Assembly: GCA_000091205.1 (NCBI GenBank)
Contig: AP006485.2
Direction: 5' to 3' (one strand)
Source: Cyanidioschyzon merolae
Taxonomy: Eukaryota
Length of the DNA: 64,000 nt
Shown here: one piece after another, positions 43,508 to 53,307 of the stretch
How positions within the stretch are numbered: the stretch's first letter is position 1
Layout: each line of letters starts with the position of its first letter
The notes under the pieces: model-generated
What the model saw: only the letters and a program-made list of their open reading frames with translations
What the model was told of the DNA's origin: nothing
Database searches by the model: none
Position numbers and translations under genes: made by a program

Positions 43508-44674
43508 TTGAGAGTGTGGGCGTTGTCTGATGCAATGCAGACCGGGGGTTTCCCCAGCCCTAGTGTGCAACGCGTTCCAAAAGACGTGTTCTGCTTGATG
43601 GATACTGAGCGTTTTGATCAGCGGCCGACTTGTTGCATCGTACGCGAGTCCCGATGCCAGAGCGGAGGCAGCCTTTTCCGCCAGCCTGTGTCAATGGAGA
43701 TGTACATTCGCGGGCTCGCGTCTGCTGACCTTGATTCCAGTTTAGTGCGCTTTCGGCATGAGTCTGTGAGCAATTCATCACCGGACGAGATCAAGTGTTT
43801 CCCCTGCCTATCCAGCGCTGCGAGTGATTGCGTGCGCATGTTGCCTCGCGATAGAACAATTGGCAACTTGAAGAACGTCTGCTTCGAGCTTGCGACATGG
43901 AAGGGAAACGCAAGAATCGGGGCCTGTACATATGAATGGGTTTTCATTTTGATTACTGTACGAAGCCTTGCACGAGGGCATCGCTCATCTTCATCATGAT
44001 AGCAATCACGTAACGTTTCCCAGTGACACAGCGTCTAAGGAGCCACTCGGAAAAATCGGTCTAGCATCGTAGAACTAGGCGTGAATCCGTAAATCCTAAC
44101 TGCCGCACTTGGATTGTCAAGGCTGTCTGTGTATAAAAATAAGGTCCGAACATCAACGAAAAGCAGGTGTAGAACGAGCAGTCCCGTTTTCTCGTTTTAC
44201 CGGACCCGCGCGCATGGCGGATGTGCTTCTGCAGCGTGTTTGCGTTCGGTGCCGTTGGCGCGCGTTGCGAGGCTTGCGTTCTTATTTTATGAAAGCTGGT
44301 GGTTCTCAGGTTATTGTGGATACGTTTGTGGTGGCTTGTCTCGGTCTTGCGGGAGCCATTATTGGTCTGGAGTACGCTTTGGACGGTGACGAAGCCGCCT
44401 ACAGCGAACTCACCAACGGCAAGGACGAGGTTGCCGGCGATGCCGTTCGGGCACACGTACGTGCAACGTGGCGCAGCGCTGCACTTTCGCGGGTAGCGCA
44501 AGTGCCTGGCGGGACCTGAAACTGGTTTTTGACGAGCACGTCGCACCGGAGCTACCCAAGATGTTCCGTTTGATCGGACAGCAGTGGCTGACCCCGAAAA
44601 CTGCCTGGTTGTGGTCCGTGGTAAGCAGCTGGTGGGCAATCGCCTGAAAGGATGCGTGGTTCGTGCAGCGAGGC

Positions 44675-44678
44675 AAAA
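44675..44678 (-). terminator. Pol III T4 terminator run just downstream of the tRNA-Met
   Basis: The minus strand reads ...CTGCCGCA gc TTTT gcc immediately after the discriminator base. Confidence 0.5.
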
Positions 44679-44680
44679 GC

Positions 44681-44803
44681 TGCGGCAGGTGAGACTCGAA
44701 CTCACGACCTTAGGATAGCTTTCTTGGGCTCGTGTTATGAGACCTACGCGCTGTGGCACTGAAACTGAACTGGACAAAGTTTAACCAACTGCGCTACTGC
44801 CGC
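44681..44803 (-). tRNA. trnM-CAU: Elongator tRNA-Met (anticodon CAT) gene interrupted by two short introns: about 30 nt in the D-loop and 19 nt in the anticodon loop
   Basis: Minus strand reads GCGGCAG TA GCGC AGTTGGTTA [AACTTTGTCCAGTTCAGTTTCAGTGCCACA] GCGC G TAGGT CTCATAA [CACGAGCCCAAGAAAGCTA] TCCTA AGGTC GTGAG TTCGAGT CTCAC CTGCCGC A. The acceptor stem is 7/7 paired and the T-arm is perfect. The spliced product is 73 nt and near-identical in its arms to plant-type elongator tRNA-Met. The introns map to about 44752-44781 and 44716-44734. Confidence 0.8.
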
Positions 44804-46750
44804 TGATGGGAAATGCTTGCGATAATCTAGATATAAAGCCCATTGCGCCCAGGTTCGTTGCACCGACGGCGCGTGCGTTTGTTCGTGCTCGATTCTGTGC
44901 GCTAGGTTTCACCAACCGTTTCAGCATGATGTCCCTTGTATGGTGCAACTTGATTGAATTCGCACCACTTTGGACAGGTTCGGCCTCGGTGCGCACCTTG
45001 TTGCGCAGATGGGATGCTTGCTTCATGACGTCAGTGCTATGATCCCCTGTCGTGAGGTACAGATGCGCATGAAGCGATAGCGCCCTTTTGCGGGTGCACG
45101 GCTGGTGTGCCGGAATGTGCACTCATCTGGTCAGCGTAAATTTATCATGCGGCATGCTTGCACCCAAGTCGACGTATACACGGACGAGCACGACCTTGCG
45201 TCAGTTATTTTTGGGGTACGGAGTAGGGCGCTGCATGATCGTGTAGACGAACCGGGGGATTCCCGATTGCGCCATGGTTATCGGTATCCGCGAAAGCGTT
45301 CATCATTCTGCACGGGACCGCTGCGTTTCAGGAGCCAATGCCGATAACTTCTTTTCGGAATTAGGGTTTGTTCGTCCAATTTTCCTGGTGCCGAGCGCCT
45401 GCCGTGTGCGCCCACTAGGTTGCCACTAGCGTCGATATGGTTATCGCATGGCAACGGAGCGGCTTTTCCATACCATGATTGAAGAAAGCTCGAGGCATCA
45501 GCCTGCGTGTACACGCCCGCGGGCTCGCGGAACGCGTCTCTCACGGACGACTCGGATATGCACTGGCACCGGAGCTGCTGTATTTGCAGCTGCATACCAA
45601 ATCGATGCTCCTTCGCCTACGAGCTGGTGCGTCACATAAAAAGCAAACGAAATTCCTAGGTACCGTCATATCTTCGGGACGGCACAGCGTTGCAGGTTGG
45701 TCGAGCAGTCGCCCAAACTTTGGTTTGAGGCGACGCGGGTCGACGGACAACATAATGGTAACGCCCGACATGCGGCGGTTCCTGGAGGGTTTCGCCGTTT
45801 TCCTGGACGGCGTAACAGGGAGCACTCGTGATTCAAGCTGACACCGAGACAGCGGCCCCAGGCGGTCACTTTTAGACGTCCATGGTAAGTGCCATAAAAC
45901 AGTGCGAGGCTCTCACGCAGATCCGTGTCGATGATGCTACCAGATACGTTTGCTCATCAGCTTGGCCGCTCTTTCCGACGTTTCCGTGGCCGTATCCACC
46001 TATTCGATGTCCATTGGCAAGCACATTTGGTCATAGAGCACTCGCTAGCAAACAGCATAGCACAGCACTGCAGATCCTCGGCAGTTCCTGGTGCACCGCT
46101 CACACCGGTGACGCATCGCGAGTGCGCACCGCATCCTGTGCCTCGTGCTGAACTAGGTCCGTTTGATCGCATGGCATTCGCGAAAGACGCATGCAGATGG
46201 TGTGTATCGCGTTTGGCAGAGGGCTATGTTATTCAAACCAGTGAACCTGAAACAGTCTGTCATTGAGATGTTTATCGACAAACGCGTGGATGCGGCATCC
46301 TATCGTTCGCGGAGCGTCCTGTCATAGTGCCAGCGAAGAGTCGGAACTCTTACGCGAGCAGAGCTGCATTCGTTTTATTTTGCAAGCAGCCCCGGACCGT
46401 GCAGCTGCTTGCATTCTTCTGCAGATTTACATCCATCGAGGAGCGTCAAATCGTTCCGGCTGAAGCGCACAGAAACGTCGCGCGAAAGCATGTATCCGAG
46501 GATGTCGGGTGACTCCAACGGCGAACAACATCCCAGCCATTGCCGCCTACGATACGATTTGGGTAAGGCGCTTATGGAAACAGGTCGGGCCGATGCAGCC
46601 CATTTATGCACAGGCACTTGCTCTTCGTTGTATTGACCTATAGTGCAGTCCACTGCTATTGCAATGTTCATGTACACATGCTCTAGATTATCTACCGAGA
46701 TCATGCGGGTAGGCCGCAGCGTAGTCTCCAGAAAGCTCATGGAAACAGTT

Positions 46751-47875
46751 TCATGGATGAATAGTATCTTTGAATTCAAAGAACGAGTCATGCATGCGAA
46801 TGAAAGAGTACTCCTCGCATGACCCACAACACCAGTATAAATTAGGTTCTTTGTGAAAGATAGCGAACCCGGCGTGCATAAAACCTCGGAAAAACTCATC
46901 CAATTCTGGGATAGAGGCGAAACCCGCGTGCACTTCGATAAGGACTTGATTCACGTGCCGCAGCGCGTGCCAGGTTCTCAAGGCATATTGCTCTTCAGAG
47001 CTGAGTTCACGTTGGCTCCGTCCTTGGCGAAGGAGCTTGTCGGCTGCCCGGAACGCTCCCAAGAAAGAGGTGAACTCACCACCCTCGATATCGATCTTGA
47101 GCACCTCGACGACGTTTGGCAGCTCCAGGTGACCCAATCCAGACATGATCTCCGCCAGCGAATTGTTGCTCTCAGCCGGGCCAAGCGGCCGGCGAAAAAA
47201 ACGAACGCGTTCCAGAAAGCTCTCGGAGTGCATCGCAGATGGTGGCGATGATGTTGGGTCAAAGACGAAAAAATCGCAGTCCGGCAAGCGTTCATGAAGC
47301 TTCGTTTCGAAACTGAAATCGTCGTTGCTACCAAAACTGTAAACAATGCAGCGATACGGGAGCCTGAGCTGCTCACGAAACAGCCGTCCCCGGTTCAGGA
47401 TAGCAGGTGGGTCGCACACCCATTTGCCACCGTCTCCGTTGTTACCGATCCGTTCCTCTAAGGTACAGCCGATATCCGGTTCCCAGTTATTGTAGAAAAA
47501 AACCGACGGGTTTGGTTCGAGGGTAACGGTCTGGCGCTTTCGCTGACGTTGTGACCGAATCCTCCGTTGGGCCCAGAGCGCGTCCGACTCGCACCAGAAG
47601 CCGAGCGACTCTTTCAGTGCTCGCGTGTCCTTCGAAGTCACTGGTAGGGTCCGGTCCCAAATCTCCGTCAGGGTTTTCGCGTTGCGCAAAGAGCTCCCAC
47701 GACGAAGAGCCCTCGACACGGAGCGAACGCAGCTGTCATCCACGGCGGGAAGATCCGCGCGCTGGACACCACTAGAGCGTCCGTTGAGAACACTAGTAGC
47801 GCGGTATATTACGATAAGAGCATAAATAAGAAAAGTCAAAGCCCCTGAAGCGATGCACGGTTTTCGCCACGTCAT
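46751..47875 (-). CDS. Type II membrane protein with an FkbM/METTL24-like methyltransferase domain
   Basis: ORF 46751..48115. The likely start is ATG 47875 (MTWRKPCIASGALTFLIYALIVIY, a signal anchor), with alternative ATGs at 47989, 48028 and 48115. Domain motifs: CIVYSFGSNDDFSFETKLHERLPDCDFFVFDPT and VEVLKIDIEGGEFTSF. Confidence 0.55.
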   Translation of the reverse strand: MTWRKPCIASGALTFLIYALIVIYRATSVLNGRSSGVQRADLPAVDDSCVRSVSRALRRGSSLRNAKTLTEIWDRTLPVTSKDTRALKESLGFWCESDALWAQRRIRSQRQRKRQTVTLEPNPSVFFYNNWEPDIGCTLEERIGNNGDGGKWVCDPPAILNRGRLFREQLRLPYRCIVYSFGSNDDFSFETKLHERLPDCDFFVFDPTSSPPSAMHSESFLERVRFFRRPLGPAESNNSLAEIMSGLGHLELPNVVEVLKIDIEGGEFTSFLGAFRAADKLLRQGRSQRELSSEEQYALRTWHALRHVNQVLIEVHAGFASIPELDEFFRGFMHAGFAIFHKEPNLYWCCGSCEEYSFIRMHDSFFEFKDTIHP

Positions 47876-48024
47876 GCCGGCCACTGAAAACAAACGTCTT
47901 TCAAAAGAAAAACGTTGCCGCCAACGGTGTACAGTAGTGACGGGAAACGCGCCGTAAGCAAATCGTCTCCAGCTGAGGTGCAGACGCATCCCAGTCTTTT
48001 TCGACCGTCCACCTACTACGTCTT

Positions 48025-50149
48025 TCATTTTCTTCTCATATAATTCCACTTTGAGAGGTCGCCCCACAGGTTCTCTCGTGTCGAATCTGGAGGTCTTTTC
48101 TCCAGCACCGCACATCTCCTGATATTGATAGCGACATTAAAGTCTCGGTTCACAAACTCCATGCGTTTCTTGCCATCTTTGGTTGTACTTACTAATACAA
48201 GTAGCCCACGAACGTTCGCCCTCCTTTCCATTTGCTCCTCCGTCAGCGGTCCGTACTTTGCTATTTCGTCGGGGCTCCTCTGGCACTTTTCCATCTCGAT
48301 CCTTTGAAGTGTACAACACAGTTCATGGTGTGTATACGATGTTCGGAACTCATCTACAGGTATTGTAACTAACCGGTCTGCACACCCCTTGTACGTTCTT
48401 GTCGTTGGAGCTGGTGTACACTCTTTTTCAGACGCCTAGCGCCCTGCTCCGTATGCTACTACCAGCCTTTGACTTTCATCCTCTTTGAAGGCACTCAGCT
48501 GATTGAAAAAGTTCGCGAACGCACACTGCTTGCCAACGTATAGATTCATACGCAATCGAGACCACCGGGGCTTTGTATACTCTTTCCACAGTGCCTCCCA
48601 ATGACCAACGCGAACTTTCATGAACTCCCGAAAAGCTTGAAAGTCGGCTCCGCGGCTCGTCACCTCGCCCAAAGCTTCCAGGTGCTCTTTCATTCCTGCA
48701 TTCCATGTCTCGATTTCCTTCCACGCATTCTTTATACCGGATTCTCGATAGTATCTCGCTCTCGAGAACCTCAAAAGACGCATGTCTTTCTGAATGAAGT
48801 TGCCGTCTGGACCATCTTCCGCACGCCTGGGTACAGCGATGGCTGTGACATTCGTATTCCCAGGGTCCGCGCCCACGACAAAGTCGTTATACTTCCTTTT
48901 CTGTGTGGCACAATCCGCCTCCTTCTCATCTTCATACCTCGTCACGTCAACGACAACGTCGTCATCCTGCACTTCCTGTGTCGCAGGATCCGTCTCTTTG
49001 TTTTCTTCATGCTTCGTCATGGGCGAAGCCGAAGGCTCGATAGGACGATACGCCCTCAAGCGCTTGCAGTCTACACAAATGGATACTCCATCGGTTTCGA
49101 TCATCCCCGTGAATACCCTCTGCTTGCTAATTTTGAGACGTTTGAAACTGAAGATATTCTTCCAGTACGTCTCCCGGTTTTCACCGGAGAATTCCTCCCT
49201 GCTGGCATTGAACTCGGGACTGATCTACTTCATGATGCCGTAGACGACTCTGGAGCCGATATAAACAAAATGGGGCTGTATGTTCCATAACGGGATGACG
49301 TAGAAGCGCTTCACCATTAGGAAAGCCCTCGGTCTCTCGCGCTCTTCATTTTTTCCTCACTCAGCTTCATCTCCGTCTTGCGTTCGAGTTTTCGGTCCAG
49401 AAACACGAAATACCGCAGAATGAGGCGATAGTGTCTTTCCATATCTTTTTTCAACTCTGGTACCTTTTCTGCTGGATTCGCCAGCCCAAAAACTGCATGG
49501 TGCTCTTGTATTGCCGCACGGATTACAGAAGCTTCATTCGTGCTCCTGCGTGGCGCCTTCTTGTCACCAAATTCGACCTCATCTTCATGCTTACGATCAT
49601 TCGTGATGCCTTGAAAATCGCACATTTTCCATCGCGAGATAGACCCGGGTAGAGTGCAAACACGGCGCGTATCATGAAACGTTCGAGGTTCACTGTCAAA
49701 TGGTGTTTCAGGTCCGTGATTTACTTCATCGCCCCGTATATGTAGATATTTCCGTCACCGCTGTATCGATTACCCTCGAAGGGGAATTCCACGAAGATTT
49801 CGTGGAGAGCATGCACTAGCTCATTTTCCCTCCGCATACCCCCTGTACCAAGCATCAGTTGACGAATAAACGTCTTGTCGAAAAACTCGTCCGAAACCTC
49901 GACTCTTTCCATGTGCGTCACATCGCGATGCATCGCCCTCACCAAATGCATTAGCCCTGACGATGCGTTTATAATACTTTTGGAGTACGAATCGACACAT
50001 GGTCTCTGATAGCGTCTCGCAAATTTTGCTTGTACTGATCCTTGGTATGTCAAAGAAGACCAGCTTTCACCACCATCTCGTCGCACAGGTGTCTTTTTCG
50101 CCGCCTTCGACGTTGGACCTCCCCTTTCGGTCCTTTTTCTTCTCTTCAT
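48025..50149 (-). pseudogene. Fanzor/TnpB-like (OMEGA-family) RuvC nuclease gene, disrupted by 2 in-frame TAGs and 2 frame changes
   Basis: The fragments are 49721..50149, 49317..49625, 48436..49104 and 48025..48294. The last two share a frame across TAG 48436-48438. RuvC-I: [15 protein letters not shown] (Asp codon 48865-48867). RuvC-II: IPVDEFRTSYTHHELCC (Glu codon 48349-48351). Zn-ribbon remnant: ...EKCQRS.... RuvC-III: VNRDFNVAINIRRC (Asp codon 48142-48144). N-terminus: MKRRKRTERGGPTSKAAKKTPVRR, NLS-like. Confidence 0.7.
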
Positions 50150-51243
50150 TTTCTTCTGGACTCGGTACTGTTTTTTATTTTTTTCTGGCAGCCTGCGACA
50201 CTGGGCCTCCAGGATTATGTACTTGCTTTTTCATAACTTTGCTTTTTTAGTTTTTTTAAGAAGAAAGCCCTTTGAACGCTTCTGGTACACACTGCGAAAA
50301 AATTTGAGTAGACTTGTTTGAAGTTTGAAACACAAATGCAACCGAAAAACTGTACTTGGCTATGAACTCAACGAAAATACAACTTTTACATCAGAGCGAC
50401 ACGCTAGAGATCAAGATCACGTTTCCAGTCATCGTCGGCGATATGCGTCATGTCTCAAGCCTGTCTGATCTCCCAGCTGCGCTCGCTGTGCGCGATGCGT
50501 GCACCGCGCGAGACGCCTCACCGATCGATGAAGGACACGTGTCCGACACCCCGCCGTGGCACATGCGTGTTCGCATCGCACTGCAGCTGAAATAAAGTCT
50601 CGTAGATCGGAAACTCACGTGGAACGATCTCTTGCTATAGGCTATGTCGCTGATGCACATCGCAGTACGGACCTGACATACAAGGAGATGCAGGGGCCTG
50701 GCACGATTGCCCGCGATGCTTCTATCAAAGGCGTAGTCACTGTAGCACCTTACGCTTGTGCGAGTGAGGTATGCATCACCCTACTGAATAGGAGTTTCGT
50801 TCGTTTTATTGATCGTGAAAAAACTGTGTGCCGTAGTCTTCCCGACTACGGATATACGTTTATTCCCGTTTCTTGCAGTCCATTCCGCTCAGACGCTGGA
50901 ATGAGAAACTGGTTTGAATTGTGTTTCTATCCGGCGCCAGGCCAGCAAGTGTCGAGCAACCCACCGCAAATTCGTTCTGATCGATGGAATGTGCTTACGG
51001 CTCAATGATCCGAGAATTCACGACGAGTACCGACACCCGGGAAATCTGCCGCCATTGCGCACCAGCTCTGCGATTTCCACCAGTCACATCGCGTGCCTCA
51101 TCTCCGACATTCTGCTTTTCCGACGTTCCATTGTGCCCTGCGACTGCCGTGAGCGTTCGAAACAGCGCCCAAACCGCTGGATCGGGCGTAGCACAGAGAC
51201 CGACAGACATACCCCCTACTGGATTGGAGCCGGGAGCCATCGC

Positions 51244-52461
51244 TCACACGTAGCACTGCTCATTGCCGATCTCATCTGAATACTCCGTGACCACATTATA
51301 GTGATGGAAAGCGGCAACGTCTAAGGCCAGTGAAGAAGAACGTGCAACGAATAGGTCGCAAAACGTGATTCCCCGCAGCATGCGATGTTGGACGATTAGA
51401 CAATTCTCGGCGATGTATAAGTGACTACATAACCGAGTCGTAGCCAGGGCTAATAGTACCGACAGCCCCGCTGCTTTTTTTCTATGAACAGCAGTTTGCC
51501 CCCGTTTTGAATTATCCATATACAAATCTACCAAGTCTACCGAATAAAGTCTCATAAATTGAGACGGCAAAATGCCCCTGGTGGAAGAAACTTTCTCGTT
51601 GCAGTGCGAAATCGATCGTGCGCTGTTCAAGGTGCTGCAGCTACAAGTAGTAGCCTGCCATCTTCTTCGTTCACTCGTGTCGCTTCACCGCAATTTGTAT
51701 CAACCGTTCGAAAACCTCTCATCCAGCGGCTTCTTTGGAGGTACGTCATGGATATCATCCGGGCTGAAATACATGAAAGACGGGACGCTCATGTAGAGAG
51801 CTTTTGAAACTTGCTGTGGTCGGTGCAAGTCGTTCAAGGAACGGACTACGAGAGGGGTACCTCATACGTCTGCTGTCCGCACTATGTCTGGTCTGGACAA
51901 GTAAAGGCGTTTTGCTCCGAAGCCAGCCAGCCAGCCAGCCAGCATAAAGTCATCTCGCGACCTTTCACCGATCTACAATGTACAATCCACGTTTTGAATA
52001 CCTGTGCGAAAAACAAACAATTACACGTTTAGCGTGTTGATACATGTTCTTGCAAGTGCGCTGCTCTGAGTAAAAAGTCTCGTGATCGGTAGGAAGCATT
52101 CAAGATTTTTAACTTCTGAACCGCAACCTCGTGAGAAATTGCCGAGGCGCGGGTACGGCACCCTCCACTAGCGGGAATACGGTCTGTCTGGGAACCTCGT
52201 TCCTCTCTGGTACCGCAGGTGTGCAGTAGTGCATCCCGGATGCGTCCTGATCCTTCGCCCAAAAGACCTGCCGAGTGTGGCACTGCCGATCGCGAGTCTA
52301 AAACTGCTGTCGCTAAGAGCGATACGCAGGGTTCGCTCAGCAAGCACTGGTTGCCCCAGCAAGCGCTTGGGCTGGTATGCACGCCGCTGCAGTGACCCCA
52401 CGTTTGTCTCTTGGTGCTTTTCGTCATGGCTTTTATTCCGAATGATTGAGCATTCACTCAA
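51244..52461 (-). mobile_element. Degenerate Ty1/copia-like pol remnant (RT C-terminal part and RNase H region); may extend to about 53180
   Basis: ORF 51244..51630 reads ...DLYMDNSKRGQTAVHRKK...ALDVAAFHHYNVVTEYSDEIG, resembling copia D..DRKSTSGY / SKKQ..VA and KHIDV.YHF.RE.V..G.I. ORF 52168..52461 ends ...HLRYQRGTRFPDRPY, resembling vLRYLkGT.d.GL.Y. Frames are broken in several places. Confidence 0.35.
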
Positions 52462-53307
52462 TACCCCAGAGAAAGACCGGGCGGATGGAGGATGATCGTG
52501 ATTGGCTCACGTCCTCCTCGCACGCATTGCTTCTTCGACAGACTCCCCTGACGCGAAATCTAGTCCATGGTCAGGAATCCCGTCTTGCTTGGCTGGTTGT
52601 ATTGATGACGCATCATGCGCATTGCGTGAACGCTTTCAGCTTGCGCTCACAAAGCCGACGGTCTGTAGCCAAATGATGAGGAGGCAGAATCGAGAACGGA
52701 ATACGCTGTCATTTTGGAGCGTCGCACGGAACGCATGCTCTCTATGAAGACCGCGATACTACGCAGGTATCTCGCTAATGATAGGTCGCGTACGAGGCGC
52801 TTGTGCATAGCTGCAACCTGTTACGTGTGCGGAAAGCTGAATGAATGCATCCAAGTGCCGTCTCTGGTTGCGTTTTTGAAAAGAGGGTCCAAACAAAGCC
52901 CCTGTTGTGTGGTCCCGCCCCGATGACTTTGCAAGCCATGCTGTCGGTAGATTCCCTTCGAAAAGAGCTCAACAGCTCGAGCACGATGCTTACGTATGTC
53001 CAGTGATTCAGAGGCGCCTTGCCAGCTGCTAGGAGCAATGCCGGTTGGATCCATGACACACGTCTCGCAGATGCGTCGAGAATGTTGAATGCCCGCAGGG
53101 CCCCGAGTCGAGCGATCAGGGAAGCGCATGCTCGAGGAGCCACACACGCGCCTGACGACCCGCTGATACTCTAGCATATAGACACACAGATCTCAAGACA
53201 CACAAATAAAGAGCCGCAGATATGCGATACACTCACAAGCCAGCGACCTGCACCGCACAGATCTGGCTTCGTGTGTGAAGAGCGCCTCGCCTGTTCATCT
53301 CCGGGGT

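Noticed and set aside
44061-44777. A 238-aa minus-strand ORF from the track.
   Set aside because: It overlaps the well-folding tRNA-Met gene, has no recognisable domain, and has a low-complexity Arg/Ser/Thr-rich composition. It is most likely a chance ORF in GC-rich DNA.
48601-49290. A 229-aa plus-strand ORF antisense to the Fanzor relic, and 48794..49243 (149 aa).
   Set aside because: They have no recognisable motifs, whereas the opposite strand carries the ordered RuvC motifs. They are treated as antisense chance ORFs.
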